This document shows positions 40,301-53,019 of a stretch of DNA of 64,000 nucleotides, piece after piece; position 1 is the stretch's first letter, and every line of letters starts with the position of its first letter. The notes beneath the pieces are model-generated. The model was not told the origin of the DNA. It ran no database searches and worked only from the letters and a program-made list of their open reading frames with translations. The stretch lies in contig OZ199839.1 of the NCBI GenBank assembly GCA_964304625.1, forward strand, positions 945,616 through 1,009,615, given 5' to 3'. This DNA comes from Kudoa neothunni (lineage: Eukaryota > Animalia > Cnidaria). Position numbers and translations under genes: made by a program.

Positions 40301-41277
40301 GGAGCGACTTACAATGTGACCGTTGAACCATCTGATGGCAAAAAAAAAGGAGTATTCTATTGAAACAAGTAATCAAAATCAATGAGTTTATGTTTAATAA
40401 TATTTTTTAGTAAATGGTGCTATTTCAACTAAACATTGGTTAAATGGTGATAGCGATTTGACAATTGAAGTGAATTTCACAGAAAAAGATGACAATTCAA
40501 GATGCCCATTTATGGTTCAGGAAAAAGACGGAGATAATCAGGAGGTGCAAATTATTACATGGTGTAATGAAGATGAAGAATGCTCTACCAATAAGTGTAC
40601 CGTTGATATCAATGGATTGTCGAAGGAAAAAGATTATATAGTGAAACTGAAAGTGAAAGATTATTCACTTTATAACAAATTTGATATACAATGTAAATAA
40701 ATTTTGTTTAAATTATTAAATAATCCTTCATTTATAACGATATATTTTTCGAAGACTCAAGAATAGGTAAAATAAAAGGGTAATAGAATTCTCATTATCT
40801 ATTGTATAATTGTTATGATTTATTTCTAGTAAATTAAATCGAAAACCTAGTAGGATCAAAAATTTTTAGATGGAGAAAACATAAGGAGTGAGCATGCCAA
40901 TATTGTAGTAGATGATATCGTTCAGAAAGTAATGAAAAAGGTTGAGAAAGGGTAAAAACAATTTTGGTCGTATTTATAACATTATATTTAGTAAAATTAT
41001 TATAATCTAATAATTTAAAAAATAAGAAACATTTTAATTAATAAAGGAAATCACAATTATGATGCTAAAAAGAATAGTCATTCGTAATTTAAATTTGTAT
41101 TTTCAAGTTGACATTAGATAGGTCTTTCGGAAGTTACATGTACCAGACAGTATATATAGGTTGTAGATCATCATTTTTAGATTATACGCAATGATACCCA
41201 TTGTGGTTTCACTTTTGGTGACGACAGGTATAATAGCTTACAAAAAGAATTCTACGGACGCTTCTTATGATCTATAA
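34379..41277 (+). pseudogene. Large paralogue of the Cys-FN3-like surface protein (~18 modules, three tandem cassettes, C-terminal TM) with apparent disablements
   Basis: Modules homologous to 4879-7812 (PSQIC/PSEIC/GEIC modules; LDPKTTYKITV, GLTAGTNYLISV, SLELGATYNVTV) separated by short, mostly phase-1 introns. Last exon LYAMIPIVVSLLVTTGIIAYKKNSTDASYDL* (TAA 41275-41277). Frameshift near 34700-34740, in-frame TAA 38071-38073, A9-run frameshift ~40340. Confidence 0.72.
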
Positions 41278-41801
41278 GACTATGATAAATTCACCATTCA
41301 TTACATCAGTTATCTCCTATATTATAATAAAATTTAATTGACAAATTTTGTTTGTTTGTTTGTTTGAAATTATATTTGAATTATTATAAATATAATTGAT
41401 AACTATTAGAATTTGTTCGGATTGAAATTCGATTTATTAGTTCCTAAAACCATTAAGTTGTTAAATAACATTTTTATAGAACAATAAACCTTATTTTTTA
41501 TTAATTAAAATAAGTTTTAGATTTTTAATATTTTTAAAATCTATTATGTGTAATAGGAAGTAATTAGAATTTATATTTATTTTAACAAAACAGAAAATAA
41601 CTTAAATCTCTTAATTTTTAAGTCGTGGCGTATTTATCAAATAAACACGTAAATAAACAAGTACTTTTCTATTCATTACACAATGAGACCACCTTTATTA
41701 TTTAACTATATTATCGAAAATTCTTAAAATTTTTCGGATATATTTTTAACTAGTGCGTATTTCCCAGCTCTGCAGCGCACTGTGAATATTCCATCATAGA
41801 A

Positions 41802-42413
41802 CAGGGATTCTCAACCGGGGGTAAATTAAGTAACAACCAAATTAGACAGGGGAAATTTTTACATTATGAGTTTGTGACGTATTTGGGATTTTCAAGTAAA
41901 TATATTATTAAGGGTTATTAGCTCAATAAGAATTAAATAGAAATATTTAAATGTTTTAGAAATGAGTATTGAATAACTATTTTTGACACTATTACCATTG
42001 TTTTTCTTTTATGACTCGTTTATCTTTTAGTGGTGTGGCATAATAATAATAATACATGAAATGATTATTTTCACGCTAAATAATATTCAATTGTCATCAA
42101 TTTTTATTATTTTTAATTATTTCTGGCCCTAGGAGTTAAGGAGTGGACAAGAAATAATTTATTTTAGCAAAAGCTAAAAAATTAAGTATATATTCAGCAT
42201 ATGATTAAGGTATGATTTGATTAAAAATTGTCATCGAACAAGCAAGCATACATGTCATTTAGGATTAGAATTTAGCCTGCTAATAGCCTCCGCTAGAACT
42301 AAACCGATATAAAACCTTAAAGCAAATATGAATTTGGCTTCAATGTTAGGGGTAATTTTATATTTTTATTCAGTTCGAGAGAGTAAATTTTAAAAAATGG
42401 TTGAAAACCCCTG
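41802..42413. mobile_element. Buster-type hAT MITE
   Basis: TIRs CAGGGATTCTCAACC / GGTTGAAAACCCCTG. Left flank TCATAGAA, right flank TCAGAA (TSD with 2-bp loss). Confidence 0.72.
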
Positions 42414-43249
42414 TCAGAAGAGTATGTTCAAAAAATAAAGAAATATAAGAATCTTCCAATTAGCCGAGACGAGAAATTATATAAAATATATAATAAATTA
42501 TCATACATTTATAGATTGTGATAGACACAATAAAAAATTATGATCATTTAAGAGTGACCATTAAAGTATAAAAAATTGTATAACTCGATGATAACGCGCG
42601 ATAGTTAATTTTTATTGCTCGGATGAATATTTTTATCAGACACAGTTGAGAACATTTTTTCTTCAAAGCTGCTCTATAGCTCATTATTATAAACAAAAAT
42701 GTGTTAAATAATTAGATAAAATAAAATTTTAATCCAAACATTAAATCTCATCGCTTAAAATTAAGCTTTACAGGTGCTTTAATTTAATGTAATTTGAGGA
42801 CCTATTTTCAGTATTTAGGGTTTGATTCTATCTTATTAAATTGTACACTACAAACGTTTCATTAATCTTGCAAATTTCCATATTAGTATCATATTAAAAG
42901 CCATCTAGAGAACTTTTAGAGTGTATTAATCAGGCCCATATATTAAAGTTCCAATACGAAAAGTGTATTTAACTACATCCAAATGCACAAACTGTCTCGA
43001 AATGTACAGATATTTAAGGGATATATGATTTGACTGATTGTCATTAATATATGTTGACACCTATCAATATGAAAATATAATAGAGACTTCTAATAGCATC
43101 GCGGAATTCCGAAAATAAAGTACAAATTATTGAAATTAGTTTAAAATTAAATCATTTTATTTTATGTGATTGATATACCGATTATGTCAGAAAATTTAAC
43201 ACAGTAGTAGGAAGGATTATCACCAAGTATCTAGCAGCTGTTAGCTTTA

Positions 43250-44010
43250 ACCATCTGATCATTGCCCTCAATAATTTTTAAATCATATTCCATTAATTTC
43301 TTTTTGTGATTGTCCTAGTCACATCCGTTAATAATTTTTTTGATTATTATCCTCCAAGAGATAAGACTCATCAAATTTTAAGTTGTTTGATTCTTTTGAA
43401 TCGACTCTCGGCGGTATCATTATTTGAACTCAATAATAAGCTATCAATATTGATTACAACATTATATAAAAATGTTCATTGTGGGAGTTAGTCACACATA
43501 TTTGGCGGTAATCTTCGCCTTAATTCAAATTCACATCAAATGTATCATTATTAATTGGATTATCAGAAAATATATTAGATGAAATATAAACATTATTATC
43601 GCGATATCGGTATAAAAATTAGTAATATTAAAGTTGTCATGAATATTAGAGGACAAATTAAGTACAACATCATTCGTTATGTCGGCACCAATGATTTACG
43701 AAGATTGTTCGTATCACGCCGCTCGCAGAATGATTTGTCACGATGTTGGTTGGCGTCGTTGCCTCAGAAACGTCATTATCAAATTGTTTAGCAGTATTCA
43801 TATCATCAATTCTTACGGGATTAAGTTTATATAGGTTCCATTTCTCCTCATAGGAATTGATCGAATTGTATCCATTGGATAAGTTGCAGATGGTAATTAA
43901 TGGAATTGTTGGTGAGGAATTTGATGTTTGTATAGGTGTATTTGACTTAAGCGTTGATGTGGAGTAATCTAATTGCTCCGAATCTGAATCTATTAGAGGT
44001 AACACCACAC
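43250..44010 (-). pseudogene. Possible fourth, highly decayed copy of the 53-61 kb ORF family, interrupted by the MULE
   Basis: Across the MULE insertion the minus strand reads NTLYNKV-LPLIDS, similar to SHLYNKIPIDNS and EYYRKMLPLY in the other copies, followed by Asn/Ser-rich sequence. Confidence 0.35.
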
Positions 44011-45590
44011 CGAATGGAGAAATTTTGCCGGTGGAGAAAGATTGCGTGCGCGAATGCAAAAAATACATCAACCGTAATTTTTTATTAAAAAAAACGCAAA
44101 CTACCTATAATTTTATTTTAATTTCCAATTATACGTTTTAGATATAGCTTCTACACAAAATGTACCATAATTCGAGCATATCTCCTTCAATTTTTATTTC
44201 CGTCTTTTTGTTCTGATTTGTTGTATTTGGATTACATAGCTGATACATAATTTCCTGTTCAATCAAACTTTGTTGCTCTTTTAGATTTGTGATGAATGTG
44301 ACTAATCCTGAATGTGATTGGTCAAAGCGGGAATAAAAGTGGCGATTGAATATTTCTGCGTTGTTAGATGTTAGTTTTACATCGTTCAGCACTCTTTGGT
44401 ATGCATTCCATGATTCAATGGGATACGGATACTTTTTGCTTCTAATAAAGTTTTTTTCAAAATATATTAAGAATAATTGAAGATTAGGAATCTGAAATTT
44501 TTCAGCAGAAGTACACAATTTTTTGAATTCAGCTTCAACAAAATCTTTAGGAACAAATGCGAGTGACATAACGCATTTAATGAAAACTTTAAAATCTAGG
44601 TTATTTTGGTATTCCTCGGAAAGTCCAAATGATTGAATTTTTCGGTAATTACATTGTCCGAAATGAAACAAACAAAATTGTACATCATGTTTTGATGCTT
44701 TTTTAAAAGCATTATATGCTGCTACTTCAAAGTCAATAATTATTGATTTCGGTAACTCCATATTACCCTTCTCCTTGATTATTTCAATAATCTTCGTGTA
44801 ATTTTTCTCAGACTTGTCCGACATTAAAACAAAAGCTAGTGGAAAAACCCTGTTGAATACATTACCATGAATAGCATATAACTGAAAAAAACCCTTCGGC
44901 GCAACGTTAAAAGTTCCATCCGCAATCCGAAAATCTGAATTTTTCAGATGTAAAAGGTTTTTCTCTGTAGATAAAATGATTATTCTGTTTTCGTCATCAG
45001 AACCTGAATCGAACAAACAAAAGGATTCATCTCTCAGAGTCTTAATTTCATCACAAAGATTTGTCGCTGGATTAATTTGAATATTGTTTCTTTTTCTTAA
45101 ATTTCTTGTTTTTGTATACAAAAGATTTAGGAATAATCGGCAATTCATTAATGTTTTCTTTGCTGGTTGCAATACTATACACCTTGTTTGTTGGATATAA
45201 AGTAGTTTCTGCTAAGAATTTTATTTTATTGTGGAATATTTTTTTATTTTTGTCCTCCTCCGATACGACGTGATTGTGAAATCCAGTTTTTTCAATGTTT
45301 TCCGTATTATCAAGAGTTGTTATTCTTAACCTTCCTCTACATTGTCTAACTTGACACCTCCAATATTGAATTTCATTTTTTTGTAATCTTTGACGTAAAA
45401 ATAATCTTCATAAAGCATCATGTCGGTATTTTTGGTAGTCTTAAGCATAACAATATCTTTATTTAAATTTCCACTCATCCTGGGTCCCTTAACTGGTCTT
45501 GCTCAGTTAATATGCGTTTAAAATTAAGTTTTATTCACGTTTGCGCATGCGCGGACAATCTTTCTCCGCCGGCAAAAATTCTCCATACCG
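44011..45590 (-). mobile_element. MULE/Mutator DNA transposon with ~40-bp TIRs and a FLYWCH + MULE transposase (44138-45478, frameshifted near the N-terminus)
   Basis: TIRs GAATGGAGAAATTTTGCCGGTGGAGAAAGATTG / CAATCTTTCTCCGCCGGCAAAAATTCTCCATAC. Motifs YWRCQVRQCRGR...HNH, ADGTF, FFQLYAIHG, PLAFVLM, IIIDFEVAAYNAF, CLFHFGQ and TSNNAEIFNR. Confidence 0.92.
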
Positions 45591-47149
45591 TTTGTATAGG
45601 TGTATTTGACTTAAGCGTTGATGTGGAGTAATCTAATTGCTCTGAATCTATTAGAGGTAACACACCTTATTATAAAGGGTATTTGCCATAAACAGCAGAA
45701 TAATGGACATGATCAATATCGATTATATCGAACACAATTGACACTGCGTAATATTTTATTTTTTTGCATGTATTAGTTTTAATGTGTGTAGATTTTATAC
45801 TTAATATTTTATTTATAGTATGGTAGTTATGTAATATTGTGATCATTTAGTTTCTTCTCTTAATTATTTTAATAATTTAAAACATTCAGTTTGGCGATGC
45901 ATCCTTTATATTCCTCAAAATTTGTTAATTACAATCATTATTTAGATGTACAGTTAGCGAACGGTTTTGCGCACTTATTAAAAATCAACACAATTTGAAT
46001 AATCAATTGTTCAATCAATATATAATTATTTTTTAATGTTTTTACTAAAGAATTTCGATCTAAATAATATAATCAGGTTGAGAAATTTCAAGATTATTAA
46101 CTACATGACTGTCCTGTTTTATGTACTTTTTCCGGAACGATTTTGAAAAAATGGAGAAATTTTGTTTAATATTCGAAAGAATAAATAAAAAAAATCAAAT
46201 CAAAACATGAAATAATAAAATATGTCCACAATATCTCTTCAAAGGCTGCCGATTTTGTTACTATAAAGAACCAGACATATCCGACATCATATCCAACCGC
46301 TATGGCATCTTTATAAAAATTTGTTTAACCCTCTTAGAGCTCAAAAGGTTACATACATTAAGTCATTTTGGGGTATAAATATACCCCAATTTTTTAGATG
46401 ATTAAAGGATTGAACACAAAACGATAAATGTTTTCATTTGCGAATTTATTAATATGACTTTAAAAAATTATCCGAGTTCGACAAAAAGATCAATCGATCA
46501 TGATCGCGATGATGAAAACTATATTTCAAATATTTATTCAATTTTTTCTGGCCAAATAACTAATTTTTTTATTTCTGAGTGAAAAAATTATTTGTTTCTA
46601 AATGTATGAAATTCAATTATATTAAATAGTTATGTATATTATTATGTGCTCGTGCTTGTAAGTACGCAAAACTAGATGTAGCCAATTTCACACACATTTT
46701 CAAGCGATTCCGAAGGAATTACTCAATATTGGTTGGCGACTGTTCTTTCATTTAAAAAATATTACACGTTTTTACTAAAAATTCGATATTTTAATCACGT
46801 TATTTAAACAATTATTGAATAATTTTATGTAATATTGCGCAGAAAAATGCGTAAAGCCCAAAGAGTGATCAATTTTACACACTTTTTTCTGGAACCAAGG
46901 GGATTACATAAAACCAGCCACTGACGGTATTAACAAAATTTCTATTTAATGATAACCTAATTCTAATTATAGGAATCTAAAACAATTTTTACACATTTTA
47001 TACCAAATTATGTTGAGTTATAGAAGTGTTTAACATAACGATCACTAACAACTTATTGGATGAAATACAGATAATCCTATTATTGTTATTTGTTAAATAA
47101 ATATCTCAATATTCTGATTCATTAATGTTGGGTTAATCGTAACCTTTAA

Positions 47150-48807
47150 TAGCCGTCTCTATTCTGCAGTTCTTCGAAACTTGGCATTAGTCACATTGAG
47201 CCATGAATAATATGCAGAAATTATTTGGGCAAAATACGAATAATGTTGTTAAAGGTTCAATAGCAGAATGAGTTGATGAATGTCACGACGAACCATCGAG
47301 TCAACATTAAACTTTCATTTGAACATTGGGAAAAAACAAAAGCACCACGTTCTTTCTTCATTAGCTCTTTTTTTGGAAGCAAAGGACATCCTTTAATTCG
47401 ATTATTCCGGATGGTCCCACAATAAATCCCTCTTTTCTAATATTATTTACATCTTGAATGACGTAAACCAATTATCAAAGTACACTAGAAGATTTTTATT
47501 TCTAGGAAAATGATCGCATAATCTCCAAAACTTAAGCCACAACTTTCAGCGACCATAGGAGGTAGGTTTACCGTCATATAAATTATAGTTATAAACCATC
47601 ACACTACATCTACATAATGGAAAAACTTAAACCCCCATTTTGTAGGTTTATTTGGGGTTTATTGTTTTGCTCAACATTTACCTCTGAATGGGACCATCTG
47701 CTCATCCACCGGATTGATAGTTTTGGAACTGATTTTTAAAAACGTTTATTCCCAAATGTTCCGAAAAGGGTCAAATTTTTGTAAATCGATCAAAGCACCG
47801 AGCGAGATGGTTGATCATTTGTAATTTTTTTGTTGTCGTTAAAATGTGAATATTTTGATATCTGCTCGAATCTATCTCTCGAAACGACATCAGAAATAGG
47901 GAGATAATTAAAATATTTAGACCAATAACATGTGTGTAAGGGGGCATTTGAACGATCCCTGTCAAGATCGGAATTCCATGGTAGCTTTAGATTTCTGGAA
48001 GAGGTTCTATAGTTAGAATTATTCTGGATTGCTTATCGATTTGATTCGACCACAATCAATTCAACAGTTCATTATAGAATAATCTATTAAATAATCTACG
48101 GGATAGATTAACCCGTTTAGATTTTCAAAACGATCGTTATCGTTGGATAATTTCTGTGACAAACCTATGTTGCTTAAGGTTTTTTTCCGTTTTATTTCTG
48201 AATTAATTTAGGAATCAATTTCAATATCGGAATCATCTGATGATACACATTCTTCTTGTTTCGTATTTGATGGTATAATCAATGGATCGTCGTCAGAATA
48301 CGTATCTGGTTCAGATGTCAGCATCAGGTAGAACAATGATTTCTGAAAGTTCGTTTTCATTTCCATCATTGTTAATCCGAACGTCATGATTCACTATGGC
48401 TAATCCAAGTCCAGGCCACGAGTGCCGGATGTCCGGTATACGGACGAGTGTTATACATTGTATTATTTCAAAAATCATGCGCCTGATTCGTTTATAAATC
48501 AATCAGTCTATTTAATGAAATTGATTATTTACACTACCTCTAATTTATTTTGTTTGATCATGAAAACCCTAAATTTTATGATCAAATTTTTTTGAATGCT
48601 ACGGTGGGGTGGTATGGCGGTTAAACTTTTAATGATTAGTTTAATGATTATAATGTGTTAGTAATAATTGTGAAATCTATTAATAAGAAACAACTATTTA
48701 ATATATTATACCGATATTTATCACATTACAAAATTTCGCCTATGTAAGTTTCAGAATTAGAGACAAGTTGTTGTCCTGTATACTGGACAACATCCGACAC
48801 GAAAGGG
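47150..48807 (-). mobile_element. piggyBac transposase relic (PGBD2/3-like) with 5' terminus
   Basis: Fragments GIVQMPPY, SRDRFEQISKYSHFNDN, VDEQMVPFRGK..KQ..PNKPTKWGFKFF, LVYFDNWFT and GTIRNNRIKGCPL. Terminus TTAA|CCCTTTCGTG (TTAA 48808-48811) with subterminal palindrome 48770-48791. Confidence 0.88.
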
Positions 48808-49433
48808 TTAACGTTAATTTTGTAATTTGTTAAATCCATCAAATATGTGTGCAAATACATAAATAAAGTATCTGATATTGCAATGTACTCGCCAAACAAG
48901 CAATACATCAACGACAAAGTTATGCAATTTCGAATGGAAAGATACATTAGCACTAGCGGAGCTTTTTGGCGGATATTTGGTTTTGAAATTCAAAATCGGT
49001 ATCCCGCCACTCAGCATTTCAGTGTCCATCTGGAAAATGGCCAACGCATATACTTCACCGAAGAAATGTTGTTAAGTCAGGTACAAAATCCAAGGATACA
49101 ACACTCATTGCGTTCTTCAAAATGTATGGAGTTGATTCCTTTGCCAAAACTCTCCTTTACAATCAAATACCGTCCTAATATATATGGAAAAATAACAAAT
49201 GGGTTCGAAAAAAGCGTGACCTATCAGTTGAAGGACACCCGGGTGTTAAAGTTGATCTAATATTGGGAAGAGTATACACCATTCATCCTAACCAGTATGT
49301 CTTCCTTCGAGAACCCTGTTTTCACGCGGTGAGTTACATGTTGTCGTGCCTCGCGTTGGTTCAAACGAAAGCTTTACGTTGGCACCGGATGGAAAATCAA
49401 ATAGCATAGTCTATTCGGAGGCGTTAAGATAAT
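48808..49433 (+). mobile_element. Helitron Rep-helicase fragment, internally deleted
   Basis: KSIKYVCKYINK...RYISTSGAFWRIFGFEI...VHLENGQRIYF, then TTLIAFF...LLYNQIP...LGRVYTIHPNQ, joined directly to the helicase C-terminus FSRGELHVVVPRVG...APDGKSNSIVYSEAL*. Confidence 0.88.
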
Positions 49434-52400
49434 AAAATTGCCATCGTCTTGGTACGAGTACACACGTAACTTTTAATATTCTTACATTAAATTTTGTCAA
49501 TTCAACAATAGTCGAATGATAGTTATCTATGTAATGTACATTCAAAACCTATTTTTTGTATTATTTGCCAATAGTATGATTTGTTGAAATTCTTTGTTTA
49601 ATTAATTTCCCTGTGTAGCTAAATATTTAATGGAATTTATGCTTAGGCTATATCTTTTGAAATTAGAAGCCTGAATATGATTTTGGAAGATAAATTTTCG
49701 TTGAAACCATGCAAGGTTATTCGTTCTAAATTATTTTATTTTCGAAACAACCCTATCTATTTCATTTATTAGATTAGATTCTGCGGACTTTTTACTTTCG
49801 TTAATTCTTCTCTTATTGATAAATAACACATGTGTTTACTGAAGATACCTACTGAATACAATTAAACATTATTGTTTATGTCGAGTGATATGATTATTGA
49901 TATTTCTATGAAGAAGCGTTGAACATTATTTTAGATTGGTAACTAAACCAAAAACTGGATTAATTCAGTTTTATCCTTTTTCTATTATATTCGCACCAAA
50001 TGGAGTATTAAGATTGTAAGAAATTAATGTCTATGTTATACTGAAATAATCATGGCATTATTTAGAAAATACCCTGGAAGATAATTGAATTTACTTTTTG
50101 TAACGACTACCAACCCATTGGTTTTATGTCGAGTATGCTATTTCTTATTTTGCAAACACTTTAATATCGTGATTTAATGGTTTATTCTGGTTTTTATCGG
50201 TAATAAACGACTAATATGTTTTCGCATAAACCATCATGAGAATTAGTGTGTTTGTGAATGGCTATGAGAGGTGCGTTGGTTTGTACGAAAACATATTTGT
50301 CTCTTAAAGTGTTTTAACGGAGACCGTAAAGATTCTATTTCTGATAACAAGTAATCGAGTATACACGACGTTCGGACAAAGTTGGAAGTTGGGCAATTTT
50401 TAATACATTTATACATTAATTTTTATAAAGTATAGATTAGTATTTGTATATGTCCATGAATTTTTTTGAATCAGTCATTGTCCTAAATGGCAATAGGGTT
50501 TTCTCGATTTTAAAAGCCCTAACCTAATAAACAAATATGTTGAAAATGGAATTATTACTTTATTTGCATAAGAATAAACATTTTAATATCGCGTAAGGTT
50601 TATTATTTAAAATATAAGGACAACTATCGCGATTTGCTAAGCTTCGCATGGGATTGGGCTATATTTTATCGTCGCAGAACACGTTTAAAAAATACATGAA
50701 TTCATTCAAGCTATTAAAAAATTAAATTGATTTTATTTAAATATCTTACTTTAACTGAACTGATATGCACAATTAAAATTAATATCATCATAGGAAGATC
50801 ATAAAAATAGCGATCAACTATACAATTTAATTTGATGTCAACTTGGGATCGTTAACAACACTTTATGCGCACTCCTATAGTCTTGATGCAGCCCAATTTC
50901 CACTTTTGTTCGAATAATTTGGCATAAGCGTGATAACATGCTAATTGAAGATGAATTTTCAGCTGTAAACTGAAATGCTTTAATCGACTTCATTTTAACT
51001 TTAAATTTAAGGATTAAAATCCAATTCCACCCTGCCGATGAATAGTAAATCACAAAATTCACCAGTAACGTTATATCTCTCACCGTAAAATATTAACATG
51101 GTCGGTCTTTGTTTCTAACGAAGCTTCGCGTATATTTAATGGCATGTTCAATTCAATTGCATTCTTTCCTCTTTCGCTCATGTATTTTTTTAAATTGGGT
51201 CTCTACGCCCCGTTTCGTCTCTCTTTCTTTCGTCTACTCTTTACTATCTTCATTCGTACATTTATTGATAATTTTATGTATCACAGTAAATCAAATTTAA
51301 TCTACTTTTCTGATAAAACAGGAAAAATTGTACTAGAAAGTTGGGTTATCTGTTATAATTCGTCATTATTTAGTAGATTTATTGTGATGGGAGATTACAT
51401 GTTAAATGAAATTCATATTAAATTCGCGAGGAAAGGATTATTAAAAATCGGTTGCGTTATTATTCAAATCATTTGGGATCTCTCTCGATTTCGTCAATGT
51501 CAAATGTTGAGGTAAATAGACGACTTAATAAAAAATTTCATTTTCTCAAATTAATAGGAAACTTTTGTACCACTCATGGTGGTGTCCTTTGTGCCTTAGT
51601 TCCAACAGAATTATTATCTGAATGAAAGCTTCAACTCATCTTTTGAAAACGAAAAATTTGGTCTATTACTATTTCAGAAACATTTTTAAATCGAATAATG
51701 TGATTTTTTCATTTAGTTTTTTTATTGGAAATCTTCATCTGAATATTCGTATTCAATCTTATTTAAGTATTTAAGAGGCTAAATTTGTGATTTGACGACT
51801 TCGTCTTGAGTATTACCTTTTCACGATATTGAATAATTTTTCCCTGCTGTCATCTGTCGTCCAACTTTTTGAGGGTCTAATAGTTGATATCTGGCCCTAG
51901 GTGACGATAGTTTTATACATTAAGGATGAGTTTTATTTTAAGAAATTCGGAAAGGTATTATTAAATGAAGTTTTTATTAATTTCATTAATTTGGGAATAA
52001 AATAAACAGTTGATAGAAATTTCGTGTATTCTTTGGAAATCTATTTTGTACCCTGGCGACCTCCCTCAAGTCTACTTTAAATTTAAATCATTGAGAATAT
52101 ATAGTCATTTTTCATTTTTTATTCCTTATGGAATATTTAAACCTTGAGGTAACACATGTAATCAAGAATCGTTATACATTTTATGTTCCGTCTCTATATT
52201 GTCTGTAATGATTTGTCAAACTACATTTTCATGTATTTTATTTTATATATTTTCGGCATAAATTACATTCATTCTTCTATTCTATCGTCCATCCATCATG
52301 TTTGCTGTTAATGTGATTCCAATCACATTGTTTTGTTGGTAACTTAAAATGTTAATATATTTCTTTCATAACCTCCTAATGTTCGAAAATCCTTAACTGG

Positions 52401-53019
52401 CTTTGAAAATATCCATATTAATACAACAACATTCCGTTATATTATAAGGATTGATCATAAGATTAATAAAGACGAAAAGAATAAAATAGAGTTGACTCTT
52501 ACTGACATAACCAAGAGATGAAGACAATAAAGCCAAAAATTAAATGAAATCATTGTTGTCATTTACTAAAAACCTGTTCATGGATTCACCATACATCACA
52601 TGTATTGTTAGTGTTAATAAATTCTTAACATGGTTATAATTGTTCCAACATTCACCTATGCTCCTTGTTTAAATAACAATAATTAACCAGTCTCCAATTA
52701 TTGTTTACAACCTTTTCTTTTTTATGCAGCCTATAAGGGTCTTCATTTGGCGCTGTAGATAGTATTGCCGTTACCAATAGAACTACTGGAAATCATTTTA
52801 TATTATTTTAATTAATTCCCAACTTGTAACATGAAGAAGAAATAATTCCTAAATTATTTATTCATCTCAATTTGAATATAATAACTAATATGTACAACCG
52901 TGGTTTGTGATTTATTTTTTTGGTATATCTTTTCGTGTAATTTTAAAGATTATATTCTGCTATAATACAAAAAAATTAAATGTTTAAAAAGTTGACTATT
53001 TATGACTTAAATACAATCA

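Noticed and set aside
46325-46340. 3' TIR partner of the piggyBac at 47150-48807
   Set aside because: Matches the 48807 terminus only over CCCT and looks more like the 30684 motif.
49500-53000. Short ORFs and possible gene or TE remnants
   Set aside because: No recognisable motifs, termini or coherent exon chain.
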